Below are positions 13,691 through 26,872 of a stretch of DNA of 64,000 bases, one piece after another (the stretch's first letter is position 1; the number at the start of each line of letters is the position of its first letter). The translations under genes were made by a program, and so were the position numbers. The DNA is from Takakia lepidozioides (taxonomy: Eukaryota > Plantae > Bryophyta). The stretch spans positions 48,546,001-48,610,000 of the forward strand of contig CM060733.1 of assembly GCA_030704615.1 (NCBI GenBank), in the 5' to 3' direction. Below the pieces are notes generated by a model, which was not told where the DNA came from, made no database searches, and saw only the letters and a list, made by a program, of their open reading frames with translations.

Positions 13691-14946
13691 CCCCTAAAGG
13701 ACAAGGGCCAATTTTTGCCAAGACCTCAAAAACTGGACCCTGGCCCTCTAAAACATTTATATCTTGAGATTTACTAAGGCCCTGTAAAACTAACCGTTGG
13801 AATATACTCTCAACTACCCCACCTACGACCACAAAAATCCCTGTCTAAATCCAACCAGCAGATCCAAAGAATATAATGTCTAAAGTGGTGCAAAAAACAA
13901 AAACAATGAAGTAAATAGGGAAAAAAAAAGTGCTTTTTCTATCGAATTTCCCATCTGCAAACTGGTCTGACATGACACTCTCCAGAATCTGGTGCCCTGT
14001 CATATAAGACACCTTCCCTGCAAATTTCATCTTTTTCTGACATAATCTCAGGTGGGCTGCTTTGTATGCTAAAAATGGGGGGTCAAATTTGGGGTTTTCC
14101 TTTGGGCAGGCAAAAAGGTTTGCTCAGAAAATTGAGGAAAAATTGTGAGCCGTTCATTTGGCAATCGCTCCGGTGGGAATGTCGTGGGTGGGTATGGCTT
14201 TTCCCTAAAAACATTTCGGGCCAATCTGAGTCTCCTACTAGGTCTTTTTACCCCCTGCCCATGAGACTTGCAATTGCACCTATGTGGGCCTATAATTTTT
14301 GGCCAGTAGCCCTCTCTTGTGGAGGGTTTTAGGGGGTGCCTCATTCTACCCGTCCCTAAATTGATTAGGCCTCCACCCCTCCCAAGGCATGTCCACCCCA
14401 CCCGGGTTCGGGCATCAATGCGATAATAAAAAAATTGTCGAAGAAGCATCTCCAGGCATCTATCGAGCTGCGCATCAAATTGAGTCTCCTCCCGCTCTCC
14501 CCCGCCTCCCACAACAACAGGTTTGACACCAAACCATGCCCGGAGCTACCATCGCCATTGATTCTAGCTTGGGGATTAGGCATGGAGATCTCAAAGGCAG
14601 GTCGGCTGTGGGTGCCATTTAGGGGGTAAGTGACGCAATAAAGGGTGTTGGGAGACACGCCACCCTCCCATGGGGGGTGCATGGAATTTCACCCTAACCT
14701 GACCCTAGTTGTCACGTCATCCTCTGGGTAGGTTAGATGGTGGAAAGTGGCCTCAAAATCACGAGTGTGACAAACTCTACGCTATCGAGGTGGCAATTGC
14801 CATGACATATGACCAATTGGGCAATGCCATGTCATACTTGACTTGATATGAGCCTATGTGGGCCCACGTCAGGCTTAACCTCAGGGATAATTAGCCTGTT
14901 TTCTAAACCCAACCGACCCAAGTTGGGTCGTTTTGACGCTTAGGGG
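13691..14946. mobile_element. Putative non-autonomous piggyBac-like DNA element (~1.26 kb)
   Basis: Flanked by TTAA on both sides (13687-13690 and 14947-14950). Ends are CCCCTAAAGGACAA and the reverse complement CCCCTAAGCGTCAA (11/14 identical). No transposase ORF inside. Confidence 0.45.
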
Positions 14947-17146
14947 TTAAGTGCAACTGCACTCAGAATAGCTCGGGTCTGTCTTCTGTCCCTTTGCCAT
15001 GGAGGCTCCTTGGTACTGCTTCTTGGAATGCAATCTATCGCCTCAGGTATGGAGATTGGTTGTTCGATTCTATGGCTGTTGGCAACTCTCCCCCCTCTCT
15101 CTCCTGCATCGGTGTTCCAAATTCACGACAAAGCAATCTAGAGCCACCGTCTGGTGTGGGCTATGCTGAGAGCCCACACACTTTGGCATCAGTGGAAAGC
15201 TAGATGTAACTTGTGTAACATGGAATGCATGCTTCATAATGTATCATTTGTACTGCGGCCTCAGTCATTTGGCGGTCTCCTGCCTGAGGTGTGCAAGGCT
15301 TGGCAGGCCATCAGAGAGGTTGTTCGCAGATGCTCAGAGGGAAGAAGGATTAAGCTTATTCCAGACTTTGACTCTGCTTGGGGAAAGAGAGGACTTCTTT
15401 GGCCCAGAACCAGAGAGAGTATCCGGATAGACAACAGCCCTACCAACTAGGAGGAATTTCGCATTAATTGTCCTTCCTTGATTGGAGCAGACAACACTGA
15501 CATCAATTGGAGGCACCATAAGAGCAGAAACAACAAGATCAAGGTGCACCCTAGTTTTGAGCCCCTAAGGTGTAAGCGCTACTCTTTTTAGGCTCTGTCT
15601 CTTTTACTAACCAGTGGTCTTTCATAAACCAATTGCAAATCAAAGCTCTTCTAAATGTACATGAAGCATGGTGGCATGAGGAATCTGATGGGTGCTTTGT
15701 GCCTTGCACAGTCCACCAACAAGAAGACTAGATGCAACATGGAGAATCTGGCTTTTAGCTGCATCACATCCTCCCCAGGGATGCTGATGCATGTTTCAGT
15801 AGATTCCGAAGTTGGTCAGCAGTCACACTGTTCATGGATTGTGGGGCTGGTCTGTTGACAATATGAAACATCCACAATTTTCTATGGCAAGTGAAGCATC
15901 TAAAACGTATGTCAGGACAAAGTCTTTCACTACGATGTGCAAAACTAGAGTATGTTGCAAGCCTTGGCATGCCCAACACCACAGTTGAGGGTCTGAGTAT
16001 TAGCCCAATAGCACCCGATATCCAGAGAATGAGAATCTGAAAGTATATAAAGAATTCCCAGTGATGCTCACTACAACCGAGTGTTTTTGCGTTTGGGCTT
16101 CTCGATTCGCCCTCGCCCACTTCCGGAGCGAATAACACTCATAAGGCGTGCCTGTGCATGCCCCATATTTCCACTTGTCACTGTAGTCGAATTTGATGTT
16201 CCTCCCTCACTGCCAGAGCCTGACTGCTGTGCCTGCATACCACCCAGATCTAAACAAACTCAGCAAAGTTCCTCACTACCATCAACGAACTAAAAGGTTC
16301 TCCCTCAGGTCCCTTAGTCCTCTTTGCCAGGACTCTCTCTCTCTCTCTCTTTTGCATACAAATACATTGACCATGATATTAGACTGATTGACTCCTATCT
16401 ATCCTCTCCTGCACCATATCCTCCAAAATAAATGAGTCCCCCATATCTATCACTTGTCGTAACCTAGATAGTGGTGCTGCATCTAGTGCTAGATATGACA
16501 AGCTGAGGGAGTAAGAAGCAAGAGGACATCCATGCCCCCCCATGAAGACTACCACTTAAAAAGGCAGAAACCTCGCATTAACCAGGTATGTCGTGATTGG
16601 GAGAGGTGGCTTACATTCTCAGCCACCAGATTTCCTGAATTGTTGCGATGCCCTAAAGCTTGGAAATCAGCTACATCTCCAGCTCCGCGACCTGTCACAG
16701 TACCTACATTTGCATTGCCATGAACTTTAAAAGCATTCACAGTGACAGACTGGTATACTCATTGAACATCCAGTGAACACTGGCAGCGTTCCGCAGGTTT
16801 AGTCCCCAAAGGTATGCCTGCAGTTGAAAGGTTTTGCACCACCTGGAACGAACTGAACTTTGATCGCAAGGTAGTCAGTGAACTAGGAGTGGACGATGAC
16901 AGGAAATTCAAGGGCTAGCAGTGACATCAAGGGGAGATTTAAGGGGGGGAAAAAACATGGTGTGGCGGGCTATTAATGACGTCTTTCTGACATAGCCGTG
17001 ACACACATGGCTGTAGTTGCACTGCGAACTGTGGAAATAAGAGGGTAGACTGTAGCACTCTTGGTACCACAGATTCAACAAATGATCTGAGGACAAGAAG
17101 GAGAGAGAAACAGGTAGAACAAAGAGAGAGGGCTAGAAACAGTGAG

Positions 17147-18255
17147 AGAAATGAAATGAAATGAAATGAAATGGTACTTTATAACGTCCGCGGAAAGCTC
17201 ATAGAGCTTATGGGACAAAATGGAAACATGAGAGAGGAACAAGTCCAGAAACCACAATTAATGTTCTAGCGAATGTCGAAGGGTGAAGGCCTCGTGCAGG
17301 TAGGCTGCCAAGCATTTTTGATCCTCATAGTGGAAGACATCAGTGAGAGTTTGGGTTCCACTGAATAAACAGTGGAATCTCCCACGGATCTCATAGTATA
17401 GAGGGCAGTAGAAGAAGAAGTGTTCTTCAGTTTCGATTTCCTGGCTGCGCCCTATGCAAGCTGGACATAGGCGGTCCTCCCGTTGCAGGTTTTCCCATCT
17501 GCCAGTCTCTATCCGTAGGTTGTGGGAACCCACCCTGAACCGCCCCAATGCCCTCAGGAGGGAAGGAGATAAGGATGCTGAAAGGTAATTTGGTCTCAAG
17601 ATTCTATTGTAGCGGAGCACCAAGAATGTCTCTCGATAGAAGTGGAGCTTTGTTGTGAGATTGGGTAGCTTCCAAGTTCTCTGGACATGTAATTCCATAA
17701 GCTCTCTCCTAATGAGTCTGTTGCAGTCATGTCTGGACGTGATGTCCACCTCATCTGGATTCATTGGTAATAGGAAAGCAGTAGAAAGTCCGTTACGTTG
17801 ACATAAACTGTCCACTCGAGCATACCAGGAGTTCCTGAAACCTGCAGCTTTGAGCCTCATAGATGTTGTGAGGGCCCTTGCCACGAGCCCCTTGGGTGGA
17901 AGGGCCTGTAATCTATGGAGAAAGATTGTAAGCCGGAAGAGGGCCTCGGATTGCAATGGTACACATGCGAACTCTGCCCCTAGGATCTGAGATGGAGTTG
18001 TGCTCCTGGCGCCAAGCATTGCTTGGAGAAAAGATGACTGTAATGGCTCCAAATTCTTTTCCCACCAGGAGACAGGGACACCAGGTGCCCAGAACTCACA
18101 ACCATAGATGGTAGCAGGGCTGACGACAGTGTCAAACAGCCACTTTTTGGTTGGGGGATGAAGCAGATGTATTTGCTTGCATTTGGCCTGAAGGCGGACG
18201 GAGGCCGCCTTACCGTTAGTCAATCTGTCCAAGGCAGTGGCTGCAAAGTGAAACA
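17147..18255 (-). mobile_element. 5'-truncated RTEX/RTE-group LINE: C-terminal part of the ORF plus a (TTTCA)n tail
   Basis: Post-RT motifs 'LFDTVVSPATIYGCEFW', 'LGARSTTP..IL.AEF' and the C-terminal Zn finger 'RFRVGSHNLRIETGRW...RLCPAC...ETEEHFFFYCPLY'. Stop at 17258, followed on the minus strand by a TTTCA tandem tail at ~17147-17173. Confidence 0.8.
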
Positions 18256-19213
18256 TAGAAAGAGAGAAAGAGAACATACGAGGTTTCTTTGTGGGATTTC
18301 CGGAATCTTTGTCGTTTTCACGCTTGCTCTTCTTCACAAGTTCCAAAAGCTCTTGTGCACTCTCGGGTGCAGGGCTGGTCAAGAGCTCCAGAGCACGGTT
18401 GAATACACGAACAAAATCCTGTCCACCTGCATACCTCGCCCCTATCTCCTTGCCCTTCCCCAACATCTTTCGTGCCTCCCTTTCTACTTACCATTACCAG
18501 ACAATTGTCTCCGATCCCGTCCCCTGTCGATTCTGGACTCCTCCCTCCAAATTCCACCGCGATTACTATGCCAACCCACTGGCAAAGTTGTGGGTTTACA
18601 CATCGACACCAACACGACAAGAATCAAACCTGCCCACAAAGCAAAGAAGGACCACAATCTAAAATTTCTCAGACCTTCAACTCGGAACCCTACTCATGAA
18701 CATTTCATCCGCTAAGGATATTCCATCTATCACGGTCGGAGGTGACTGCGCGGAGAGCTCCAGCACTGTGACTGTGGTTTTGGCTTGAGCAATGGTAGAC
18801 GATGGAATGTTTATCACACCAGATGCAGTTCAGTCACTCATATTCTGTGAATGTGAGACTCACATAGATTGTCCATAGATGATGGACTTCGTAGATACTG
18901 TTGATGGGGGAACAACATGTTTCAAGAAACAAGTATTCTAGGGCTTAGCCCTAAAAGATATGTTAGAAGCAGGGGATCTGCAGGAGAGTTTGAACATACA
19001 GAAAGGCGCTCTTCTCATCAATAATGAATTCACTAATAAGGGCACTGCATCAACCACGTGACACTAACCTCTCTAAATGTGGAAGCAGATGGTTGAAGAT
19101 TGTGCTGCCCATTGTTGGCGTCTGGCTGCACTGATCGATGAACTACTCCCGATCAGATAAGGGGTGAGTGAAAAATGCGACACCAGATATGAGATACTGG
19201 GTTAGATTTTTAT

Positions 19214-22200
19214 ATGGGTGCAAGCATGGCTCAGGTGCATGCCACGCTGGTCTGGGTGGTGTTGGCACTGATATGTCTCTCGCGGATAATGAATGCTCAA
19301 GCCGTGAAGTCAGAGGAATTTTCAGAAGACTTGCTTCTAAGACCAATGGCGGATGGCAAAGTGTTGGCACACTTTCTCTTCACACATCGGTTGCCGCCCA
19401 TAAGCGCCCATGGGGACCATCACCGGCTGTTTCCGAAGGCTATCTATCAGCTGGTAAGTCCCAGTGCTTGGATAGCTCTCGAGGGCAAGTCACGTAGAGG
19501 GAGGGAAGTGACGAACAGGTTTATGAAAGAAGAGTATTTTTGTCAACTTCATCATATGGAGTGAATCAAGCGTGCACGCTTGATCTAGATCAATGGAACG
19601 TGAGGCTTATTATGTTTATGAATTCATCGAGAGATTTGGACTACTTGTTTCCTGTAAAAGGAAAGTTATAGCGTCCATTTCTGCTCTGTGCCTCCAATTG
19701 GACTTTGATGAAATTGATAGTAAAGTTATGGTTTCGAATATGAACTGGCTTTTCTCTACCCCTAATGTAAGACTGTCTTGGCATTGTGGTGTGCTCTCTA
19801 GTCCCTTTCTGTTGTTAAGCTTTGGGGTTTGCCTCTCTCCTTGTTCTCCCTTTGTTCTAAATTGTGAGTCCTCGCATGAAACTGTGATAATAATTTCCTC
19901 CCTTTGAAATCTCACCTTGTGCACTCTAGTCCCTTTTTGTTGTTAACTCAAGGTTTTGGGTTTGCCTTACCCCATGTTCTCCCTTTCGTGATCCTTGTCC
20001 AAAATTGTGAGGTCCTCATACAGGGTATATGTATGTCTTGTCTCTCTTTGAAATCTCACCTTGAGGGAGTTTGCCATAAACCGAAAACTCTTGACAGCTG
20101 CTTATCTCTCTGGCAGGTGCAAAAATTTCGCATTCAAGAAATGGAGCTGTCATTCACACATGGGAGATGGGACTACCAACGGTGGGGAGGGTTGGATCCG
20201 ATTGCAAGTGCAAATGGAAAACCTGCAGGTGTAGAGCTATGGGCACAGTTTGATAAACCCAATGACCAGGTGGATGCCACTTGGGGTAATTTGACACACG
20301 CACTCTCAGGGCTCTTTTGCGCGTCCATCAACTTTCTGGAGTCACCAGCTTTGGTTGCAACTCCAGGATGTGGGTTTCGGCCTGAATTTAATAATGCTCC
20401 GGGGGCTGTGCAAGGGAGAGATGATTGCATTTTGAACTTGGGATTGAAAAGAGGGGGGAGTAAGAGGCGGGGTTCACAAAGGGGAGTTAAAAGAATTGGC
20501 CGGTTGCGGGATATCACAGTTACTCAGAGTACTTCAGGTTCTCTGAGGTACGGGGCACTGCCACGGGAGGCAGTGTGTACAGAAAATTTGACACCGTGGT
20601 TAAAGCTTTTACCCTGCAGGGATAAAGCTGGACTGGCCACTCTTTTAGACAGACCGAGCATTTACAGCACTTTTTATCATTCGATGCGTGTGCACGTGAA
20701 GTCAGGGGAATTCAACAATGACAGCCTACTTGGGGTGTTTGACAAAGAGAGTGGCACTTCTCTGCATCTGAGTTTGACAATTGTCCTGAAGCCCTCAAAG
20801 ATGGGAGGGGCGCTCCATAGTGGCAAATTGCAGCAGCCCAATTGGTCACTTAGGTCCTTGTTTAGGAAGGCATTGGCTGGCAAGTGTCCTCTGGCCACCT
20901 CAAGCCATGTGTTCCTGGAGCTGGAAGGGTTGCTCGTGGACAAATTGCGGGTACAAAACCCATGAAGCTACATTCTACATCTATAGGTGCTAGCTCCACT
21001 AAGTTGACTCTTGTGAACACCACTCAATGGATCTATTTGTGAGGTTGCGAGCACATCAGTTCTATTTGGCTGTCCAATTGGACATCATTTTACCACTCCC
21101 AAATCGGGTCATAGCCTGATTTGTCTTTGATTTTGCTTCTTCATCTCGCGATGTATGGCGCAGGTCTTACAGGATGCAAGAGAAGAGGACGGGGATCAGA
21201 AGGACCAAGGTGGGAATGAAATCAAGGCAGATGGTCAAGGGGGCAGCCTCCAGGGACAAGGTAATGTACAGAGCTACATTTAAAAGTGAAGGAAGAAAGA
21301 AAGATGGAGTAAGAAATGTGGGGAAGGACCTCCTAAATGAACAAAGTTGCTTGACATAACTGGGTCACGTTATCTGACGGTGGCAATAGACTTTTCTAGG
21401 TGGTCATCACTTATTAACTCTGGATAGATGCATTAATCAATCTCGGTCTGACTTAAACACACCCAACTTCCCTCAGGCCCTTGTCAAGGGTGCTCCTTTC
21501 TCAAGGACGATTGTCTGGGTACCAATGTATTAGGTAAATATGTGATCTGATGCAATTGTGTTCACTAGCTCGGTGATAAAGCTGCTAGTATCAGATTATG
21601 CTGAGAGAGAATCTGCATTATTGAAAGGTGCTGTTGGAATGCGAAGAGGCGTGAAGGACCTGAATCTGGTGGACAATACTGGCTTCCTCTTGAGCACTAC
21701 CCCAGACGGAGTTTTACAAGAGGCTAGAGGGACTGAAGAACAGACAAAGAGCCGGATGCTGCTACTCAATTATGATGTTCAGAAATACAGCAAGGAGCAT
21801 CCATTGAATTTAGGAATGACATGGCGGGCACCCATCACGTGGTCCCCACGCCATGGGCCGTTCCGGGCCACCCGGTTCCTGATAGGAAGTGGGAATGAGA
21901 GAGGCTCAATTGCAATGGTTCTCAAGGCCAATGCCGGTGGTCACTGGGATAGTTGCAGCAATATGCCTGGAGAAAATGTCCCATCTGATATTTGTGCACT
22001 GAAAGAGAGAGAAAGGAAGATTGACATAACAATCTTTCAAATGGTCCCATGGTATGTGCGCTTCTATGCACACACACTGAAGGTGATCTTGGATGGGCAT
22101 CCGATAGAACTTTGGGAGGTGGCGAAGTGGATGCAGTATTCACCTTCAGAGGATCGCCAATCACCATCTGTGGTAGAGATGCAGCTTCAAGTGCCAACCA

Positions 22201-22683
22201 ACACCAGCATGGTCTCCCTCACTGTTGAGTTTGACAAGGTCAGATTTCATTTGGACAAGGCAATTATCGCAAAGGGGGAAAGATACACAGAGATACTAAA
22301 CATATATAGGACTAGGTTAATTGTGATTGAAGTAGTCTGAAAATAGGTTTCCACATGGGTTTGAATTCTTCCCAGCATCTGTAGCCTAACTCATTTCCCA
22401 GGTGAACTTAGTGAAGAGAATTCTCATAATTTTCCACTGTAGAACTGGTTAATTGTGGGACCTCTAGGAATTGACAGAGGCTGGCTTAGGAGGCACTCCA
22501 CACTCCATGACTCGCAAAAGGGACATGCCTTCTGGCCATATATGACACACTGTCTGTACAGAGAATGAATGTACTCATGAGAGGTTGTAGAGAGCCCGAG
22601 AGAGAGAATGTACTCATAAGATGTTGTTTGCCGTAGCCTTGTGGCCATTGACCCCGCGCCCAGTTCGAGCGGAACAGCGCAAA

Positions 22684-22736
<53 letters not shown>

Positions 22737-23878
22737 AGAGATCTCATCTTGGAGGATATGTATTTGCATATATTGAAGAAGGGCTGAGAATGACACCTTG
22801 ACAACCAAAAGTCCAACCCTGGTATGTAGTCAATGTGTACTTTGTTCCAGGCACGAGAGCTCACAGGGACCAATCGGTGTGCCTTGCAGGGATTTTTACG
22901 TATTGATGAGCATCCACCTGATGCCAACCGTGGGTTTGACCTACCGGCTGCACGTTTTACATTTCCCTTCTCTCAGACAGCACGACAGTATGTGGCTGTA
23001 GACTCAACATTTGTCGCAGATGCTGATCAACCTATCCTTCAAACTATGCTGGTAAGCTCTTGGTCCTACTTTTGTTTTGAAGTAATTGGTTTTAAATTGA
23101 CTCCAGTAACATCACTGCTATTTTGACTTCACAAACAGTGCAGGGAAGTGCTTGGACACGAGCTCTAACAATTTTTCCTTCATGGCATGTTTGTACTTGT
23201 ATCTCTGAAGAAATAGACCAGCTGGGTCACCGTATACAGGAAAGAGCAAGTAGTCTACAGGATTCAGAAGTTAATTTAGCACCTTGAAATGACCACTAAT
23301 GGAGTATTTTTTACAGGAGGAACGGCCAGTGCAAATGTACAGTGCAAGCCTGCTGGTCCCATTGGCCACCCCAGACTTCAGTATGCCCTATAATGTCATC
23401 ACCTTCACAATGACGGTCTTAGCTCTCTACTTTGGCTCCATGCTGAATGCGCTGCGACGGCGGTTGGGGGAGGAGGAGCGCCAGCGAGAAGAAACTGCAG
23501 GTTACCATGAATCTCCCAACAGCTTGCATGCTATTTTCATCTCGTTTTCCCACAATGATCAGTGGATGCAATTGATGCTCAGTGCATGTTGATTCCTTAC
23601 CCCTCCCAAATGGAAAAGCGGTAATGCTTGTTCTTTGTCTTGGGGGAAAGAAATTGGCAGTTACTTGACATCCATATTTTTTCTCGCTGTGTTTGACCAC
23701 TGCAGGATCAGGGAATAAAGGAAAGTTGAGGCAGTTGCTATCAAAATACTTTGGTGGCCGTCTCAATAGCAAGGACAACGCCGCGGCCTCCAAGCAGTCC
23801 AAGCAGTTTAAAAAAGTGCTGAGAGTTGTCATGGTGGTTGCCGTGGCTGTAGCTATCTATTATGCTCTGGGCTTTTGA
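19214..23878 (+). CDS. PIGT: GPI transamidase component PIG-T / GPI16
   Basis: Exons 19214-19453, 20117-20950, 21164-21260, ~21628-22238, 22890-23051, 23317-23500, 23706-23878. Signal peptide, 'EEFSEDLLLRP', 'LSGLFCASINF', 'LPREAVCTENLTPWLKLLPC', 'EHPPDANRGFD', 'PDFSMPYNVIT' and C-terminal TM segments. Confidence 0.95.
19797..20064. repeat. Diverged tandem duplication (~130-147 bp period) in PIG-T intron 1
   Basis: TCTAGTCCCTTT.TGTTGTTAA, AATTGTGAG.TCCTC and CTTTGAAATCTCACCTTG each occur twice, in the same order. Confidence 0.7.
22687..22732. repeat. (GA)n microsatellite in a PIG-T intron
   Basis: Uninterrupted GA run. Confidence 0.95.
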
Positions 23879-24472
23879 TGACCCTTTCAGCCAGCTAGCA
23901 TACTCTCACTCTAACCTCAGAGTGCCCGTGCGGCACAGCAAAACTATTCAACACCATAGCCCAGAGCCCATACCTGCGCGGCTTTCACAAGGACAGTTAT
24001 GAACAATTTCCCAAGTGGGGGATCACTCCAGGACATTTAAATCCTGGGTTCATCTAGGTCTCATGGCACTTGAGCTAAACAAAGCATTTGCGACCTTGCA
24101 CAAAATGGTGTCACAAATTTTTGGTCTGAGAACAAGCCATCTGTGGCCTTCCAAGCATCACACACTTGAGGAAGAAGAGTGTCTCCGTCATGGGATGCAC
24201 CTAGGCACACTCAAGGTCCAGATGCACAGCGTCACAGCCGTCCGATGAGGAAATACAAGCCACAATCTCAGCCCTCCAGGGACCGATACATCACCGTCCG
24301 ATTCACTGCAGACCAGTGTTTTTTTTTTTAAATTTGGAAAATAACTGAGTGGCTACTGAGTTTTGCAAGAAATAGCCATATTTTATGTTCATCCACTGAA
24401 ATTTGGATAGAACCATCCTCCTCTGTACTTTCATCCATGTACATCATCCATATTAGGCGAATTCACCGTAGA

Positions 24473-24520
24473 TCCATCCATCCATCCATCCATCCATCCA
24501 GCGTAGATCCATCCATCCAC
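24473..24520. repeat. (CATC)n simple repeat
   Basis: Repeated TCCA/CATC units with CGTAGAT interruptions. Confidence 0.8.
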
Positions 24521-25120
24521 CGTAGATTCAACAGTTTCCTTCGTCATAAACCATACAAGCGGACAAGCTCGACAAATATATCGGCGGCAAATTAGTCACC
24601 AACGTGGACGCTTGTGAGAGCATTCTGCACCAAAGGTCCAGCAACGGCCAGCGAGGCTTATCTGCAGCCGTGGCGTCGCCAACACCGCAGGATGCTGGCC
24701 GTACGTAGCGCAGTACGTACACGGAATTAGGGCTTCGTCAGCGAGGATGGATGAATGCTGGGGTGATGAATGAATCCCTGTGGCAGCACTGGTATGGAGC
24801 CCATCCGTGATATCGGGATGCTTCGGAGTGTGTGTACTTTTTGTCGACTAGGCTTGAGAGAGGCTCGCTTGAGGTTCGGCGGAGGCTCGCATGGTCCGAG
24901 TAGGTTCGGGGGAAGGCATGGGGGAAAGGGTGGGGTGGCCTTCGTTGCGCTGCGACCTCACGTTGTCGCTACAAAGCTTACTGCTTCCGCCATTGATTTT
25001 GATTGCGATTGCACGAGGCGCTGATCCATTCTGAGTTGCTGCTGAATCCGAGCTTGATATTGAAGGAGTGTTTGTGGATCAAAGTTTTTTCTGCTTATAA
25101 TTTGACGACTTACAGCCATA

Positions 25121-26872
25121 ATGGCTCAAACTGCTCTCATCTCGCGCAGTGTGGCTGCATTGGGCAATGTCCTAGGTGCCAGGAATTCTGCAGGGGCTGA
25201 ATCGGGAATCAGGTCGCAGACTGTCTCTTTGAGACATCTTTCTTCACTGTTCACATCCTCGGATTTCTCGTCAGATGTTAGCAGAAGCAGCAGAGGAGTG
25301 AAAACTTTCGCTTTGTTTGGATCGAAGTCGAAGCCTACAGTCGCAAAGAAGGTGCGTTTCTCTCTGTGGGTCATCGCATTTGAGGCAGACAGACAGTTTA
25401 TGGCCTTCATTGCATTACGGTTTTGGGGCACATTGCTACAGCTGGATCAGACCAGCTCTAAGACCTGGCGGTAGTATGTCCGTTTGACGACTGTATGTTA
25501 TCCGGGAAGGCGCATTTCCTTCAGAGGATCGGCATACACTGCCTTTCGAAATACTCTCGCAACACTGCTGGCCTCTGGCTTAACTCTCGATTCACCTGCT
25601 TCTTGTTACGGTTAGCCATGTTGTTGAGTTGGCTGAGTCTTAGAGGTCCCAATTTGTAATTGGATTGTTGGAAACTGAGGGGAATGTGGCATTGTCTTTA
25701 AGAGTTCTTCACCGATGTGCACGTGATAACTCGGATGTTCCATGGCGATCCTCTTCTTGTCCGCAGGAGCCAGCAGCTAAGGTAGAGGATGGAATTTTTG
25801 GAACATCTGGCGGAATTGGGTTCACTAAGGCCAATGAGCTCTTCGTCGGTCGCGTCGCTATGATTGGCTTTGCTGTAAGGATACTCAACCTGGAAACTAT
25901 CTGTGCACTGGTTGGTTGGTTGATATGTATGGTATGGTTGACATATGATTGGTTGATTAAAGAAGCTACTCGAGTGATTGCTCGGGCTTGTCTTTGCAGG
26001 TCTGCAAGGCTACTACTCACTGCTTTGTTTTGATTCTTGGTTCAGGCTTCCTTGCTCGGAGAGGCCCTCACAGGAAAGGGTGCTCTTGCACAGTTCGATT
26101 TCGAAACTGGCATTCCGCTTTACGACACTGAGCCTCTGTTGCTGTTCTTTATCCTCTTCACGCTTCTTGGAGCTATTGGTGCCCTCGGCGATCGTGGAAA
26201 ATTCGTGGATGATGCACCCGTGACTGGATTGGACAGGGCTGTTATCCCCCCCGGAAAGGGTGTTAAGACTGCCCTTGGATTGACGGAGAAGGGTGAGTGT
26301 TTTTTATCTATTCCTCCATTGTCGAGAATGTGGAAAGAAGGAAATGCGACTGCATTTAGTGCGGAGGTTCACTGGTCTGTGTCTTCTACGAGTAAGGGAG
26401 TTTCGATCCGCCTCGCACACCCCCCTTCTCTCTCTCTCTCTCGGGCATCGTGAATTTTTGTCCGGCCTGTGTCCACTCAACTGTTGGGGCCGCATCACTT
26501 TTCCATTTGAACTGTCATCTAATTTGCTAGATCAATCTGTTTGCAGCTACTTAATGAACTGTGAAATAGTGTTTGCACTAGAACGAAGTGGCCAAGTCAG
26601 TAATTTGCTCCTGACTCCTTCCAACTGCAGGCCCTACTTTCGGCTTCACCAAGGCGAATGAACTGTTTGTGGGCAGACTAGCTCAGCTTGGAATTGCATT
26701 CTCCATCATTGGAGAAATTATCACAGGAAAGGGAGCTCTAGCCCAGCTCAACATCGAGACCGGCGTTCCCATCACCGAAATTGAGCCCTTAATTATCTTC
26801 AACATCATCTTTTTCTTTATTGCAGCCATCAACCCAGGAACAGGCAAGTTTGTGAACGATGAGGAGGCTTAG
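25121..26872 (+). CDS. PSBS: Photosystem II 22 kDa protein PsbS (NPQ4), chloroplast precursor
   Basis: Exons 25121-25351, 25767-25874, 26046-26292, 26631-26872. Ser-rich transit peptide, 'KVEDGIFGTSGGIGFTKANELFVGRVAMIGFA', 'GKGALAQFDFETGIP', second repeat 'FGFTKANELFVGRLAQLGIAFSIIGEIITGKGALAQLNIETG'. Confidence 0.97.

Noticed and set aside
16071-16900. Exon-like minus-strand segments (AQQSGSG...KRKNTRL*; VNAFKVHGN...)
   Set aside because: They could not be linked into an intact gene: upstream frames contain stops and no family is recognisable.
17258-18466. 402-aa ORF as a genuine host protein-coding gene
   Set aside because: Most of it is LINE C-terminus with a repeat tail; it is 5'-truncated and lacks an RT core.
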